DNA of 64,000 nt, counting the filler, from Dirinaria sp. TL-2023a (taxonomy: Eukaryota): the NCBI GenBank assembly GCA_051941275.1. It is 3 parts of 3 records of this genome, joined end to end, with 100 filler letters (N's around TTAATTAATTAA, not from the genome) between each part and the next. Parts side by side here need not be neighbours in the genome. Positions count along the whole stretch, not along the records: positions 22,390 to 44,661 come from JAVEBF010000228.1; 2 more parts are not named here. One strand, written 5' to 3'. Positions 24,376-36,667 of this stretch are shown in pieces (position 1 is the stretch's first letter; each line of letters begins with the position of its first letter). The notes under the pieces were generated by a model. It was not told the DNA's origin, did not search any database, and saw nothing but the letters and a program-made list of their open reading frames with translations. Made by a program: the position numbers and the translations under genes.

Positions 24376-25338
24376 TCATCCCAGGTAAGCAGGTGTACCC
24401 CTTCGGGATTGAATCAGTCGTTCTGTTCGAATGTAGAGCCTGTCCAAGTACTCCATACTGGCAGCGTCCTTGAGGATTTTGGCCACCTGTAATCCGGCGG
24501 AAATGAGCTGTAGGACATTACGGTCATCCTTGAGAGGCCGGGATTGGTGCTTGGCAGCGTGACGCATCTCCAGGGAATTCTCCAGGACGGTGACCAGCTG
24601 CTTGATCTGACCGTTATATAATACACGCGCAGGAATGCGTCTCTTTGTGGCAAGCCTCTTCAGCAGATATACCCATTCCGTCCATTCCCGGTCTTGCGCA
24701 ACCCGCACGGGCCTCTTGTCCGCCTCCAACGGTATAGGAAATTGGTACTTGGCCACAAAATCAAACGCGCACTGGGACAATCGATCATTAACTTGGTTGA
24801 GGACGTCATCTTGCTCCTGGACCAGGAGATTGGTAGGAATATGGGGGAGTTCGCGTTCTTGAGCCGCACTGGCATCTGGGGATAGCCTGTCCAGGAACTG
24901 ATGTGGCCCATCGAATTCATCCCGGTTGGGAGGCCTCCTCTGAGAATGGCCCTTGATTTGTGACCGTGGCATACTGGCGGACGTTCTGGAAGAAGGCACA
25001 TCACCAAAAAGATCTAACGAGTCTCGCGAAGTGGTCGAGTCCTGCTCTGACGTATAAAGCTCAGGCGAGGACCTGGGCTTTGGGTCATACTTCGAATTCG
25101 AACGAAGATTATGCATCGTCGACATGGGAAGCGTTACCGGATGGCCTTGGTTAGTATTCCCGCTTCCTGACCATGGACCGTTCTGATGGAGATCACTGTC
25201 TGGCTGAAATGGCAGGCTCCTGTCAAACCCCTTAAAATGCCATGGCGACTCTGATACAAGTTCCACGGCCCCTGCACGGTAGTCTGGGGCTCGGAAAGCG
25301 GTCGGACGGCTATCAAAGTACGCTCGACTGGAAGGCAT
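24376..25338 (-). CDS. Conserved fungal hypothetical protein (upstream exons to about 25650 or beyond are likely)
   Basis: 320-aa ORF with an ordered C-terminal domain (DRLSQCAFDFVAKYQFPIPLE...REWTEWVYLLKRLATKRRIPARVLYNGQIKQLVTVLENSLE). An upstream open exon at about 25566-25404 is bounded by plausible splice sites; true start unresolved. Confidence 0.8.
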   Translation of the reverse strand: MPSSRAYFDSRPTAFRAPDYRAGAVELVSESPWHFKGFDRSLPFQPDSDLHQNGPWSGSGNTNQGHPVTLPMSTMHNLRSNSKYDPKPRSSPELYTSEQDSTTSRDSLDLFGDVPSSRTSASMPRSQIKGHSQRRPPNRDEFDGPHQFLDRLSPDASAAQERELPHIPTNLLVQEQDDVLNQVNDRLSQCAFDFVAKYQFPIPLEADKRPVRVAQDREWTEWVYLLKRLATKRRIPARVLYNGQIKQLVTVLENSLEMRHAAKHQSRPLKDDRNVLQLISAGLQVAKILKDAASMEYLDRLYIRTERLIQSRRGTPAYLG

Positions 25339-26370
25339 GATCGAACTATATATGAGATTGTCAGATGAGTGGTTGGACGTTAGAGGCCAAGGACTGCGTT
25401 CACCTCCGAGCGTCTATCCAAGGCTGTTCCACGTGCGGAGTGCTGAGATCTGGAGACAAGGGTTCCGTGGTAATGGGATATGAGCTACGCTGATCAGTCA
25501 GCCGGTTTATGGTCCAAGGGTGGAAACAGCTGCTGAGACCTGCTACAGTGTCCTCGATACTCAGTGCTGGTGAGGGGGAAGGGAGACCCTTTAGTATGTC
25601 CCGAGCTTACCCAGCGCTCCAAAGTATGACTGGCCCGGTGGGACATCGTAGGTAGGGAAAAGCAAGAGCACAGACAGCGAGGAGAGCAGATCAAGTAAAT
25701 ATCCAAGCCAAGAAAAAACGGCCGGCACAAGAAAAGGCGTATATACTACAAATGACGCTAGGCAACTCTCACGCCCTGATACAACGAGACCAGGGCTAGA
25801 GATAAATTCTAGTTGAGTCCGTTGAGGCTTCCGTGTGGGTAAGCCGCGCACGGCGAAAGCAGATCTTGACGCCCAAAATATGGCGGAACGAAGCGTTCCA
25901 TATAGAGAGCGACAGAGTAGCGGCAGGGATAAGCAGGAAAGGAGTGGCCATGGTCCACCTAGATAGCCTGGGTCGGGATACCATCGATCGAGATACAAGA
26001 CCGATGACACCCACCACGATAGGGGTGAGGGTCTCCTGTCACCGCTCTAGAGCATGCACGCTTGGGTTGTAGCTACGAGTAAGCAGGCGAGGCAGGGCGC
26101 AAATGGATGCTTCCAAGAGGAGCAGAAGCTAAAGGATCGCCGCCCAGCATGTTTCAGGGGAGGGGTTGCCAGCACGCGAGGATGAGATTTGCTGGATAAG
26201 TAGGAATGGGGAACGGCATTGTGGAACGTAAAACCATGAAGAATCTGAATGTTCCCTGCTCGAACCGCGGCCCCGCGGATGCTTTGGAGGGAATCATGGT
26301 AGGGAAATGTCATGGAAATGTCGCGATTGGGCGTCTTCTTCCATGCTCCTTCGGTGTGATCGACATCAAT

Positions 26371-26381
26371 TTATCTGATAA
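26371..26381. promoter_or_regulatory. Palindromic double GATA element TTATCTGATAA (ATCWGATAA, SreA-type consensus)
   Basis: Exact consensus match on both strands, upstream of the minus-strand hypothetical gene. Confidence 0.35.
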
Positions 26382-27309
26382 ACCTAGTACAGTAGCTCGA
26401 GTAGGTAGGTAATAATAAGAGCGTGCGCCGTGGTTATTTTGCTCAGTGACCGTCAACTTGGGCTTCGGATGTCACTGCGTATAGCAAACTGTAGAGATCG
26501 CCAATTCCCATCTTTGCCGCAGCAAGCATCTATAGGTAAGGCAGGCCTTGTTTTTTTTTTTCTTTTCCGGTCCCAGCGATTCGGATAGTCTGTGGTGGAT
26601 CATCTCATGGGGGAGCCCGTGACAAATGGGTATTGATAGCGTTACCGGCATGCGCACCGTTGCCAGAGATACCGAAACCTTGGGAAAGCCATTTTTTGAC
26701 ACCTGCACAAGCTACAGCACATGAGGTGGATGCAGCCTCAGACCCGTTGGGGAAGTCTTTCTTCCGAGGAGGCCGTGGGAGGAGTTCCCAAGTAGGCTTC
26801 TCGATGCATCATTCTCGTCGCCTCTACGTACTGGCCATGCGGGCGCCCCACCACAGTGGTCGTGGACGCGAAAGCAGAATGTGGAGTCGGGTATGAACGC
26901 TGCCCAAAGATGAAGGCGCGGTTAACGGGCGAGAGAGATCGTCGCTGTCGTTTAACGTGGGTTCTGCGGTAGCTGGGTTGGCCCTGTATTGGTTGGGACT
27001 GGGAGGCTCGGCAGTCGCAGCCCAAAAGTCGCAGAAAAGGGGAGAAGATCGGCAGTCAAGGTCTCGAAACCACACCGTCGATCATCGCAATTGGCAAGGT
27101 CGCGCATTCATTGGGGCAAAGGAATAAGGTATGCTGGGTCAAGTTCAGGAAAGGCAAAGCTTCATGACTCGCGGATGGATGGCAACTTCCCAAAGGCCTG
27201 GGTCAGAGAAATCATACTCAAATCACATGACTACAACCGTATGTACAATGCGGGTGCGCGCTGCCAGTCAGCACTTGAGCTGGCAACCGCACGACGGAAA
27301 TATTTGCGC

Positions 27310-28921
27310 TCATCCAAGCGTCGACGAACACTCTTGTTGCCCCCTTTCGAAGGCTGCTGCAAAGAAACTCTGCATCGCCAGGTAGTGATAGAGGATGCCT
27401 CCGAGGACCGCCACATGCCAGATATTGTGGCTCCCCCCAAAATAGTCAAACCAGCCGTGCAGCCATCGCTCGGGAATCTGTGCGGGAATTAGCAGGTCGC
27501 TCTGCCTAAGGTGAGGACGAGGACGTATAAATCCTACCTGGCTTGCATACACCAATGCCCCCGCCAAATAAACCATGATTGATTTGGAGATTGGAGAATA
27601 GAAATACCATGACCACTCCGGCCCTCGCGTCAGCGTCAGCTGAAAAATAGGAGCGAAGCCAGTAGCTGCAAGCGAGACGTAGAAGAGGACGCGAGCCCAA
27701 TTCTTATCGGCTCGATTGAAGGTAGGGTGCCAGGGTAGGATCACACCACCGACGCCTAAAATGGCCGTGGCAAAGATGTAGGTCCAGCGCCAGACCGGCT
27801 CGCAGTAGAAGGCGGTGTACTCGGTTGTCATAATTGAAGCTGCGATGAGCAGCGAAATCCCAGTGTAGTCGACACAGGCAAATCGCTCCATCAAACCCTG
27901 TTCAGCTATGCTGCTCATGGTATGCCACATGATACTGCATACGAGGCATTTGCAAGCCGCGAAGAAGAACATGGCCGCAAAAAAGATGTCGGTCTTCGAT
28001 GACTGGGAGAAATTGACAGAGGCAGGATAGAAATGAAATGCAATGGCGAGAACGATACATAAGCCTATTGCGTGGGACCAAATATTCACCGTCTCGTTGG
28101 AGAAATTGAAGACAGATCGCACGCAGTCTACCTTCGTCTCGCTGAATCGATAGCCTTTGATTATGTGCGGGTTGACGCGCCAGGGGTGAGGAAGGTCTTC
28201 GTATCGAATCAGGCCATGCTCTTGCGCCCGCTTGACCGCATGCTCAATGTTTTCTCTCAGCGTTTCTTTCGCTTTCCGCGCCACTTCTATGCTTTCATCC
28301 ACGACTCCCTTTGCTTTTCCGAGCCCCTCTTCTGCGATCCGCCCAACCCCGTCCAAAAACTCGGAGAATCCAGATTCGCGGACGGCCAACGCACGGGCCT
28401 CTAGATCTGCCAAAAAATCTTCCATGACCTTCATGGCTACCTGAGCTTTAGCTTCAAGAGTCTCTTTCGTCGCCAGAACGTTTTTATAGCGGTCTTCCAA
28501 TGTATCAACGAGTATCTTTGCCCGCCGCCTGCCTGCTCCGATAAGTTCGCCTGACACGTGGGAGCATGAGTCCCGCACTGCACCAAGTGTACTGTATGCG
28601 CGAGAGATGCCGGCGTCGAGTTGTAGATTGCCGTAATGCTCAATCAAATCGAGGCGTCGTTCAAGCTCCGTAAGGAACAGGTCCACCTATGACGGCTGTT
28701 AGTGGATGCTCACTGGGGACTTGCGACGCAAAGTGATTTCCGACCTTCATGAAAGTTGCCTCTGCGTCGAGGTCATGAGAGAACCTTCGGAGGGCATGGT
28801 AGGAGGAGTGCCGCCTCCGCTGATTCAAAGGTGAACCTGGTGGAGATGTCGAGATGCTTTGTCCCGTAGTCGGTAATTCTTCGTGGGACTCGAGAGATAT
28901 GGAAGTCGAAGTGCACGCCAT
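27310..28921 (-). CDS. IZH3: PAQR / hemolysin-III family 7TM protein (Izh3-like); 3 exons
   Basis: NPHIIKGYR, SNETVNIWSH, SIMWHT, DYTGISLLI, PERW...GWFDYFGGSHNIWH. Introns about 28744-28687 and an in-frame one at 27537-27478. Start taken at MACTS (28921); alternative ATG at 28951. Confidence 0.9.
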
Positions 28922-29425
28922 GAAGAGACTGTGACCGGACACGGACTGCATTGGGATGAGGAGGAGCAGGAGGATACCTTGAAGGTAGATTAAGGTAGGG
29001 TTACTGAAGTAAAGTGCAGATAGGGACTAGGACGGCAATGACATCTTTTGCTATCAAGTGGTGGGATATATACACGAAGTGAACAAACATGGACAATCCA
29101 CAGAAGCTGCACGTGGGAGAAGAATTGGTGACTGGGCGAATTATGAAAGAGTTCAAAGTTCGCCCCCTTTGTTTGAATCCGGGGGTTCAGTGACTAGTGG
29201 GGGTCGGGGGGCTTGGGGGGGTGATTCCAGCCCCGCCAAGGCCCAAGAGAGAGTGTGTTAGGTCATCTTGCAGGGCGTTACGTTAGCGCAATAGCGCCTC
29301 ACACCCAACCGGGGGCGCCACAGGCAAAGTGGAAATAATAATAATCAAAGAAAGCCACCACCTCCAGTCCCAAGTCTGGACCGGACGGTCTGAGGTACGA
29401 ACGATCAGTAACGCCCCAAACAATA

Positions 29426-30218
29426 ATGACGGCCGAAGAGATCGTCACTGATCCCTATCTTCGACGTATTCTCGATGTATCCACGCAGGCGCGCGACCAG
29501 TGCATGAAGCTCATCGATCTCACTGAAGCCAATCCCACGTCCGCTCCACAGTTACCGTCTCAGGAGATCCAGCTGGAGCTATCGCAGCAGCAAAAACTCC
29601 TGAACTCCTACCTGGCGCAATTAAAGGGCCTCAACCGGAATGCGGTCTTCGAAGTGCGCAATACAAAGCAGGCAACTGCGGAGGCACGGCAGGAGATTGA
29701 TAGGCTGCACCTCCGCTTACAGAATCTATATTATGAGGAACGCCATCTGAGAGGAGAGATCACTGCATGCGAGTCGTATGAGTAAGCTATTCCCCGTCTT
29801 AAACAGCAAGCGATGGAACGTATCCGTCCATATCACCGGCCAGTAGTTACTCATGCTCAGTTCCAGCCACAAATACCAACAGCTACCCTTGATCCCCGTC
29901 CACGAGTTCCTCGAGCGTCATCCAGAGCATGCGGAAGACGATGAGAAGACGATCATGATAGCTCGAATCAACCATGAGCATTCGGAGCGGGAGACGTTGG
30001 AGCAAGAGCGGCAAGGGCTCTTGAAGAAGAAGCAAGGACTCATAGCCGAGAACAAGAAGTGCAAGGATGACCTCGCCAGCCTTGACAGCGATCTCGAGAA
30101 ATTCATCGACGTAAGTTCGAACTCCAGCACTTCTTATGAGCGCCCGGTATCGTGGAAGGTGTACTAATTGAGGAAGGCTGCCAAACCGATTCAAACGACG
30201 CTGGAAAAGGAGTATTGA
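29426..30218 (+). CDS. THOC5: THO complex subunit 5 (Thoc5/FMIP)-like protein; 3 exons
   Basis: KQATAEARQEIDRLHLRLQNLYYEERHLRGEITACESY / HKYQQLPLIPVHEFL...IARINHEHSER; introns about 29781-29866 and 30111-30176; stop TGA at 30218. Confidence 0.85.
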
Positions 30219-31530
30219 GGTTGTGTACACATAGATGTCTCCTGAATGCGATAAAACACAGATCAGGGTCCTTACGTGATGTAATGAAAGCATGTCAAAG
30301 CTGAGCATCAACGTGGTCGATGTGCGAAGGGAACTCCTACGGACCATGACCAATCCTAGAAAAGCTTACAGGTCCACTTCCATTCAATACAGCACAAGTT
30401 CAGAAAGCGATGGAGTGTCGGGGCGGCGGCCATTATTACTACTCGTGGCTCATCACCAATAATGTATTCAATCCCGACTCTTAGAAGAGTCAGAGCCCGC
30501 GCCAAAAGGCTCCAGCTAGGGCCAACAGTCTACCTAAATCCATTACCGGTAACCGAGACTCCCTAAACCTGAGTAGAAGCAGAGGCAGGAACTTAAGGTA
30601 GAATTCTCGATACAACCACCTTTTTTCTTTCTCTTTCAATTCGAAAAGCTCCCACGCGATTGACATACATCATATCTCCCTCCCCCTTTTTGGGGAAGAA
30701 AAAAGATCACAGAGTTAGTTCATTAGCTCTGGATAATGTAAGTAGAGAAAACAGCTCCCCAAAGAATGTTGCGCGACAACGTTGAAAAACGAAGAGTAAA
30801 TCTTGCGCATCGCGCGAAGCCAAATAGGCACTTCTTGTACCTACCTATGTAAAGTAGGCTAAAGAAGTCTTCCTATTACCAACGCAACCGCCCCCCCTCC
30901 TCAAGGCTTAAAATCATAATCCCCACACATTAAAGCAATTAGTCCCAAAAAAAAAAAAAAGAAAAAAAAGTCCTCGAACACGATTGTCTTGTCTTATTTG
31001 TTTCCTGTTACATCCCACCTACCAACCAACCAACTACCTTAACAATGCGGGCTTAAATCTTAAAAGCTCCGTTCACTATTCTGCGTCAAATTCGGAATAT
31101 GATGATCCAAAGATAAAAAATCGCATATGTGTGTACGACGACAAGACAAGGGGGCATTTGCAAGAGTGTCTCCCAAGAAATTGCTGTTAGATAGACAGAT
31201 ATGGGGCTATATTGGAGACACTGAGGGCGACGAGCGCAGTAAAAGGACGCCGAGTGGACCAAGAATACAGTATGTATATATGGGACTTCTTGCTCAAATA
31301 TGTGCTATATATACTCTGTCCAAGCAGACAGGCACAGGGATAGTCAAATGTATCTTACATACAACATTTTATGTAACTATCCCTCAAGTATCAGGATCAA
31401 AACTGGAAACGGCTTTCGCTTGGACTGTGTTTGCTTGCTTGGATACGATTACCGGGGGTTAAGAAGAAACGCATGGAGAATTTATGATGTTTTGTTTGAA
31501 ACACATCACATCGCTAAAAAGTGGCGTGGT

Positions 31531-32865
31531 TTATACCGACTTGTCCTGTCTGTTTCCAATGCCCTTGCTTTGCTTCAATCGTAGTTTATATTCCTAGAAG
31601 AGAAAAAAAATGACGCATGAGTTTCCTTGATGGGATTCAAATCGGGGTGACAAACAGACTTTTCACTGACCTCGCAACTTCGCCGAATCCCTTCCTCGAT
31701 ACCGACTCTTGGTTGGTAGCCCAGTAACAGCCGCGCCTTTGTTCCGTTGCAGTACCTCACATGGCACGCATCATTGACACTTCCCTGACTGAGGGTAGTG
31801 GGAGTTCCGGTGGCTCGAGTGACCAAGTCAGCGACCGAACCAGCAAAGGCTGCTAGCGATCTCGGGATCTTGATCTCATGCGACGGATAGTGTCCAAACT
31901 CGGCCCAGACAGCGAGACAGAAATGCCGAAAAGGTATCGGCTGTTCATTGGATATGAAGATGGCTTCGCCAGCAGCGGTCTTGGTCGACAGGAGATTCTC
32001 GGTTGCTTGCACGTGAGCATCGGCAACGTTGGTGACATAGCTGGACACAGTGTCAGCAACCTCTTGAGCTCCTTTTGCTTGCTGAGTACTGTTCTGCGGC
32101 ATGTGTTTCGTACGTGACATCCCACAGATTCAACCCGTCACCAACAACAAAGGGACTCTCGCCCTTGGCTATGCACGCGTGAATAGACGGGATCAACTGA
32201 TAGTCTCCAGGCCCAATTAGTACCGATGGTCTGAGAGCACATGTGGCCAGTCCCTTCTCATCGTTCGCGGCCAATATCAGTGCTTCAGCCGCTGCCTGCG
32301 AGCCATCAGTGAGAGCTGGAAATGGCTGACCCAATGATTGAGCACACCTTGGATTCTCCATATATGAGGGAATGACAAGAAGTCGGCCAGGTCTCGTCAA
32401 TGTTGGCTGACCAAATTCTCCAGATCAGAAACACTCCTAAATCAAGATTGGCTAATAAGACGTACGGTACTGGTACCGCATGTCATCCGTCACAGCCGTG
32501 CAGCTACCTGTACACAGAAGTGCTTTGACACCAGCATGTTTTGCTGCAGCAATGACATTGCGAGTACCGCCAACATTGACCTCAAAGACACGTTCTTGCT
32601 CACTCCTTCCATAGCGGCTGGCAAGCGACGGTACTATACCGGCAGTATGAATCACAGCACAAGGTCTGATTCCAGACACTACCCGATGAACCTCGTCTGG
32701 GCTTGTGATGTCTCCGGCTACGTACGATACCCCCGACTCATGGAAACTCGGTGCATTGACGTCAAAAACACTTATGGCCCAGTCGGGATGCTTTTCTTTA
32801 ATTGCACGCACGATGGCGCCACCAACGAAGCCGGCGCCTCCGGTGATCAACACAACGGTAGCCAT
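31531..32865 (-). CDS. 3-beta-hydroxysteroid dehydrogenase / C-3 sterol dehydrogenase (Erg26-like) extended SDR; 5 exons
   Basis: TGGAGFVG Rossmann motif, VIHTAG, VNVGGTRNV, YGESK (YxxxK), CALRPSVLIGPGD, YVTNVADAH; four GT-AG introns restore one continuous frame. Confidence 0.88.
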
Positions 32866-33663
32866 GACTCGCTCATGCTGAAGCCCGACAAATAAAATTC
32901 AGGTTTGGGTTCCTTTATAGCAGAAATTCGCAAGAACAACAAGGGTTCGGTGAGGGCGAGATGAGAACGAGAAAGTATATATACCAGCCAATACTGTGTT
33001 GGCATTATTAGCGACTCCGCGATAAGGAACTCAGCAGGAAAGGAGCGTCGCTCGACGGTCGTTTGGCAATTATAACAATTTTTTGATGTTGCGTTGGTAT
33101 CATGATAACAAATGATGATTCGATCTGCGCTGCACATTAGCGTACTTTGAAAGTAAAAGAGGGTAATAATAATAATGTCTCTTACCTACGAACCTTCGAG
33201 GTGCATTTTCGTACATTAGGCTGAAAAATCCCCGGAAGTGCTAAACCGAAATCGAAGCAATCACACCACTTCACCTTAGTTCCGTGTACTAAGGTGGTAA
33301 GGTACGAGTACCTTAAGGTTCTACTTCAAGATACAGTAAAGTAGCCTTTCACTGCCCGAATCCCATCTCAACAGCTTGCGGGAGTAATATTAATTCACTG
33401 ACATCAGTCTAACTTGAGTAAAAGTATGCTCGTCGCTGGGAAGATGAAGATCGCTGTACACACGCCTTAACGTGATTCGATCGGAAGGATGATCATCGGT
33501 GACTCCGTTTGCATCCATGGAAAATACACTCTGGGGAAGACGTCATACCATTCATCATTTCGAACTCTTAGCAGCCTTCGCGGTATTGCGGTTCAATTAT
33601 CTTTTCAACCTTCGAAACTGCGCTAGATAACAATTTTATGCTACTTCGAATGCCATCTCCATA

Positions 33664-34685
33664 ATGCCTGAAAATGTAGGAATGAGCGCTTGCTGCCTGA
33701 GCGGCGCAGTTCATGACGGTACTCCGTCCGGTCGCGTGGACACTATCGGCGGTCTCCAGACATATGTATCGGAGCCTGAGGGAGGTCAGAGGTCCAAGAG
33801 TATTATCTTCATCTGCGACAGTACGCTGTTATTTTCTCCTGCCGCGACGCAAACAAATGCTGATCGGGCCGCAGTCTTTGGCTGGGAGTTCACTAATACT
33901 CGACTGCTTGCTGACGAATATGCGAAGCACGGCTTCTATTGTTACGTTCCGGACTTCCACCAGGGCGACTCGCTGCCCATTGGATTCCTTCAGAACGTCG
34001 AGCCTCCACTCGAGAAGAGAGAAGCACTGACCATGGTCGACAAAGCTAAAAATACCGCCATTGTGTCTGCAACTCTGGGGCCATGGCTGATGAAGCACCG
34101 CGAGGCCGTTAGCCGACCTTTGATCCATGGCTTTGTAAATACTGTTCGTACTACTCCGGGAACAGACAAGGTCGGCGTTATCGGCTTCTGCTGGGGTGGA
34201 AGATACGCCATACTTGAAGCGCACGCGCCGCCCGAAGGCGATAGTGGCAGCAGTTTCGGTGGTGTTGACGCCGCATTTGCATGCCATCCCAGCTTGGTAA
34301 CTATACCTGGAGACTTTGACCCGGTCACAAAGCCACTAAGCTTGGCACTGGGATCCAAGGACAGCTTGCTCGACAGTGCAAGTATCGGCAAGATCCAGGA
34401 CACGATGGCCAACAAGACCGATGTACCGCACGAGATTCAGGTAAGTTATTGAATCATTTTCTTTCTGTTCCATCGACAGGAACTTAATGGATGCTTTGAG
34501 AGTTTGGGCCCAAATCGTTAAAGCCTTGCACCGAACGCTCATCGGTCTTTAAATAGATTTATGAAGATCAAGTTCACGGTTTCGCCCTAAGATCGGATTG
34601 GAGCTCGGATAAGGATAAGAAGGCAATGGATGACGCGGAGAAACAGGGAGTAGCCTGGTTCTCGGAGTACCTGTCGCGAGAATAG
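33664..34685 (+). CDS. Dienelactone hydrolase family protein
   Basis: ACCLSG N-terminus, D/VFG across an in-frame intron (about 33821-33874), GFCWGG nucleophile Cys, CHPS, last exon YEDQVHGFALR; stop at 34685. Confidence 0.9.
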
Positions 34686-34824
34686 CTCTACCTTAACTGC
34701 CTCCAATGTCTAAGCATTTGTAAGACAATGACGTTATCTGTGGTCGTGGTAGATGCTTTCACTCATAGATATTGTTCCGGGCCTTCTCTAATGGATCTGA
34801 ATATGATGTTCAAAATTAGGTCGC

Positions 34825-36118
34825 TCACGGGGGAAACTCATCCTTGCTGTCTTCAGCGGTAATTTGTTCAACTTTATCATCGCCTCTCTCGTACTCCGTG
34901 ATCCTCGTATTTGGAGCGGGCTTTGCCAGCTCTGAAGATGGCGCAGACACCTCCATTTCCTTCGATGGCTTCTGTTCAACATCTGATTGAAAGCTCGGTG
35001 TTGACTGTAAGTGTTAGCTCTACATTTGCTAGTGGGTAGCTTTGAATTCAGACCTGGACATCTTCATATGCTTGATCCAAACCACGCTCTGAAGCTAGCA
35101 TTCGCGCCGCTAGCCGCTTTGCTTCAACCTGAGCTTCCTCTTCCACACGTAATTGCTCCTCTTCACGCTTCAAATCAATGATCGTGGGGCCGTCAGTTTC
35201 CGCAGACTCCGACACATCGGGTATATTGACACTAGAGGTGGACATGCTACGGCGCCTCTTGCGAATGCTTTTCGTGTCCTTCGAGGATGCGGTTTTGGTC
35301 GAAGTGCGAGATCTACCGGAACTCTTGGTTTTAGATTTCTTGCTACTGCGGTCGTCCGATGTCGCGCCCGTGTTTCGTCTTTCGAGCACCATAGCAAATT
35401 CGTCATCGAGTGGCACAGCGTCATCCTCGTCTTCGCTAGGGAGTAAGTCACCTCTGGAACTCAGGGAATTATTTGTCGACCTCGAGGTGGCAGTGCCACT
35501 TCTATTCCTTCCATGCCGACCCCGTTTTGTATCTGTGCCGCTCTCTTCATTCTCTTCAATGAGCGGTTGCGTTTCTCTACTGCCTCTTCCCACGTTCTCC
35601 TGTAAGTCCGCTGCGGAGGGCCGATATCTGACTCCTCTACCGCCAATTTTCCACGGGAGACTCTCCAGGAAGCCAAACATTGATGATTTAGGTACCACGT
35701 TGGGGTCTGATCTCCCATCGTTGGGCACGCCTATACTTTTTCGTCTTATGATCCCCGATCCATAACTCATCTTCGCGCGTTTTCCAGGTTGCTCGTCGCT
35801 ACCCGCCAGCAACCGGTCAAGTTCATCATTTCCCCAATGACCCTCCTCTTCGTCCCAATCATCGTAGAAGTCAAACCCCAAATCATCCCGTGCTCTGCGC
35901 GTGTTACGGTGCGGACGGCGCTGATCTTCGCGAGCGCCGAAGCAAGCGTAGCACGGCTGGCACGAGGCTTCAAGGCAGACCTTGAAGGACGAAAGGCAAG
36001 GTGACACGTAGTTCCTGGAGAAGTCGAACAGGGACGCCTGCGTCGAGAGGTTTGCAGACTCGATATTCTGAGATATCTGGTTCAGGGTTTGACGGACACG
36101 AGGGTCGCTGGGCCGCAT
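34825..36118 (-). CDS. Conserved fungal hypothetical protein, largely low-complexity; 2 exons
   Basis: Long ORF from MRPSDPR with FDFYDDWDEEE, WGNDELDRLL, RYRPSAADLQE and EDEDDAVPLDDEF blocks; intron about 35053-35005. Confidence 0.75.
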
Positions 36119-36667
36119 GTTGAGAGATTTGGACAAGGTGAGAGAGGGTGCGAATCAGGAAATTGTAAATGGAAAAGTGCTCATGCCGAACAGTGGTGAT
36201 ATTGTTCCGTAGGAGTTAGCGACCATGACTAGAAGAACTTCAGGTGTGGATCTCTCCTTGCACCTGTGTGGTTGCCCAAGAATAAGTCTTACCGTACGAG
36301 TACCTAAATGTCATAATATGCGACAGAAGTTCCCGAAACTCGCGAGGAAGGAAGCGACGCCAAGACCGGGTCGGAGACTTACTTTCCCGAGCTGTACAGA
36401 CTACTACAGTAGGTGGTACTGTATAAGGTACCTAACTAACTACAAACCCTCACAAAGTAATCTTACTTCAAGTGTGGATTCTCAAACCCTGCCTGGAGAG
36501 ATTTTGTCGAAATCCTTTTCTTCAGAAGCCGTTGCGTTTGGCCTACACGGAATTATAGTAGTGGTCATTTTACAAGTAAATCATCATAAATTGGTTTGGC
36601 TAAACGTCAATCGAGTTACCTCAAGAGATTCAAGATAACATTTGAAGCACGCTTCTTGCGCACTACT

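Noticed and set aside
31531..32865. Erg26-like gene as a frameshifted pseudogene (fragmented ORF track)
   Set aside because: Four canonical introns restore a continuous frame with intact NAD-binding and YxxxK motifs.
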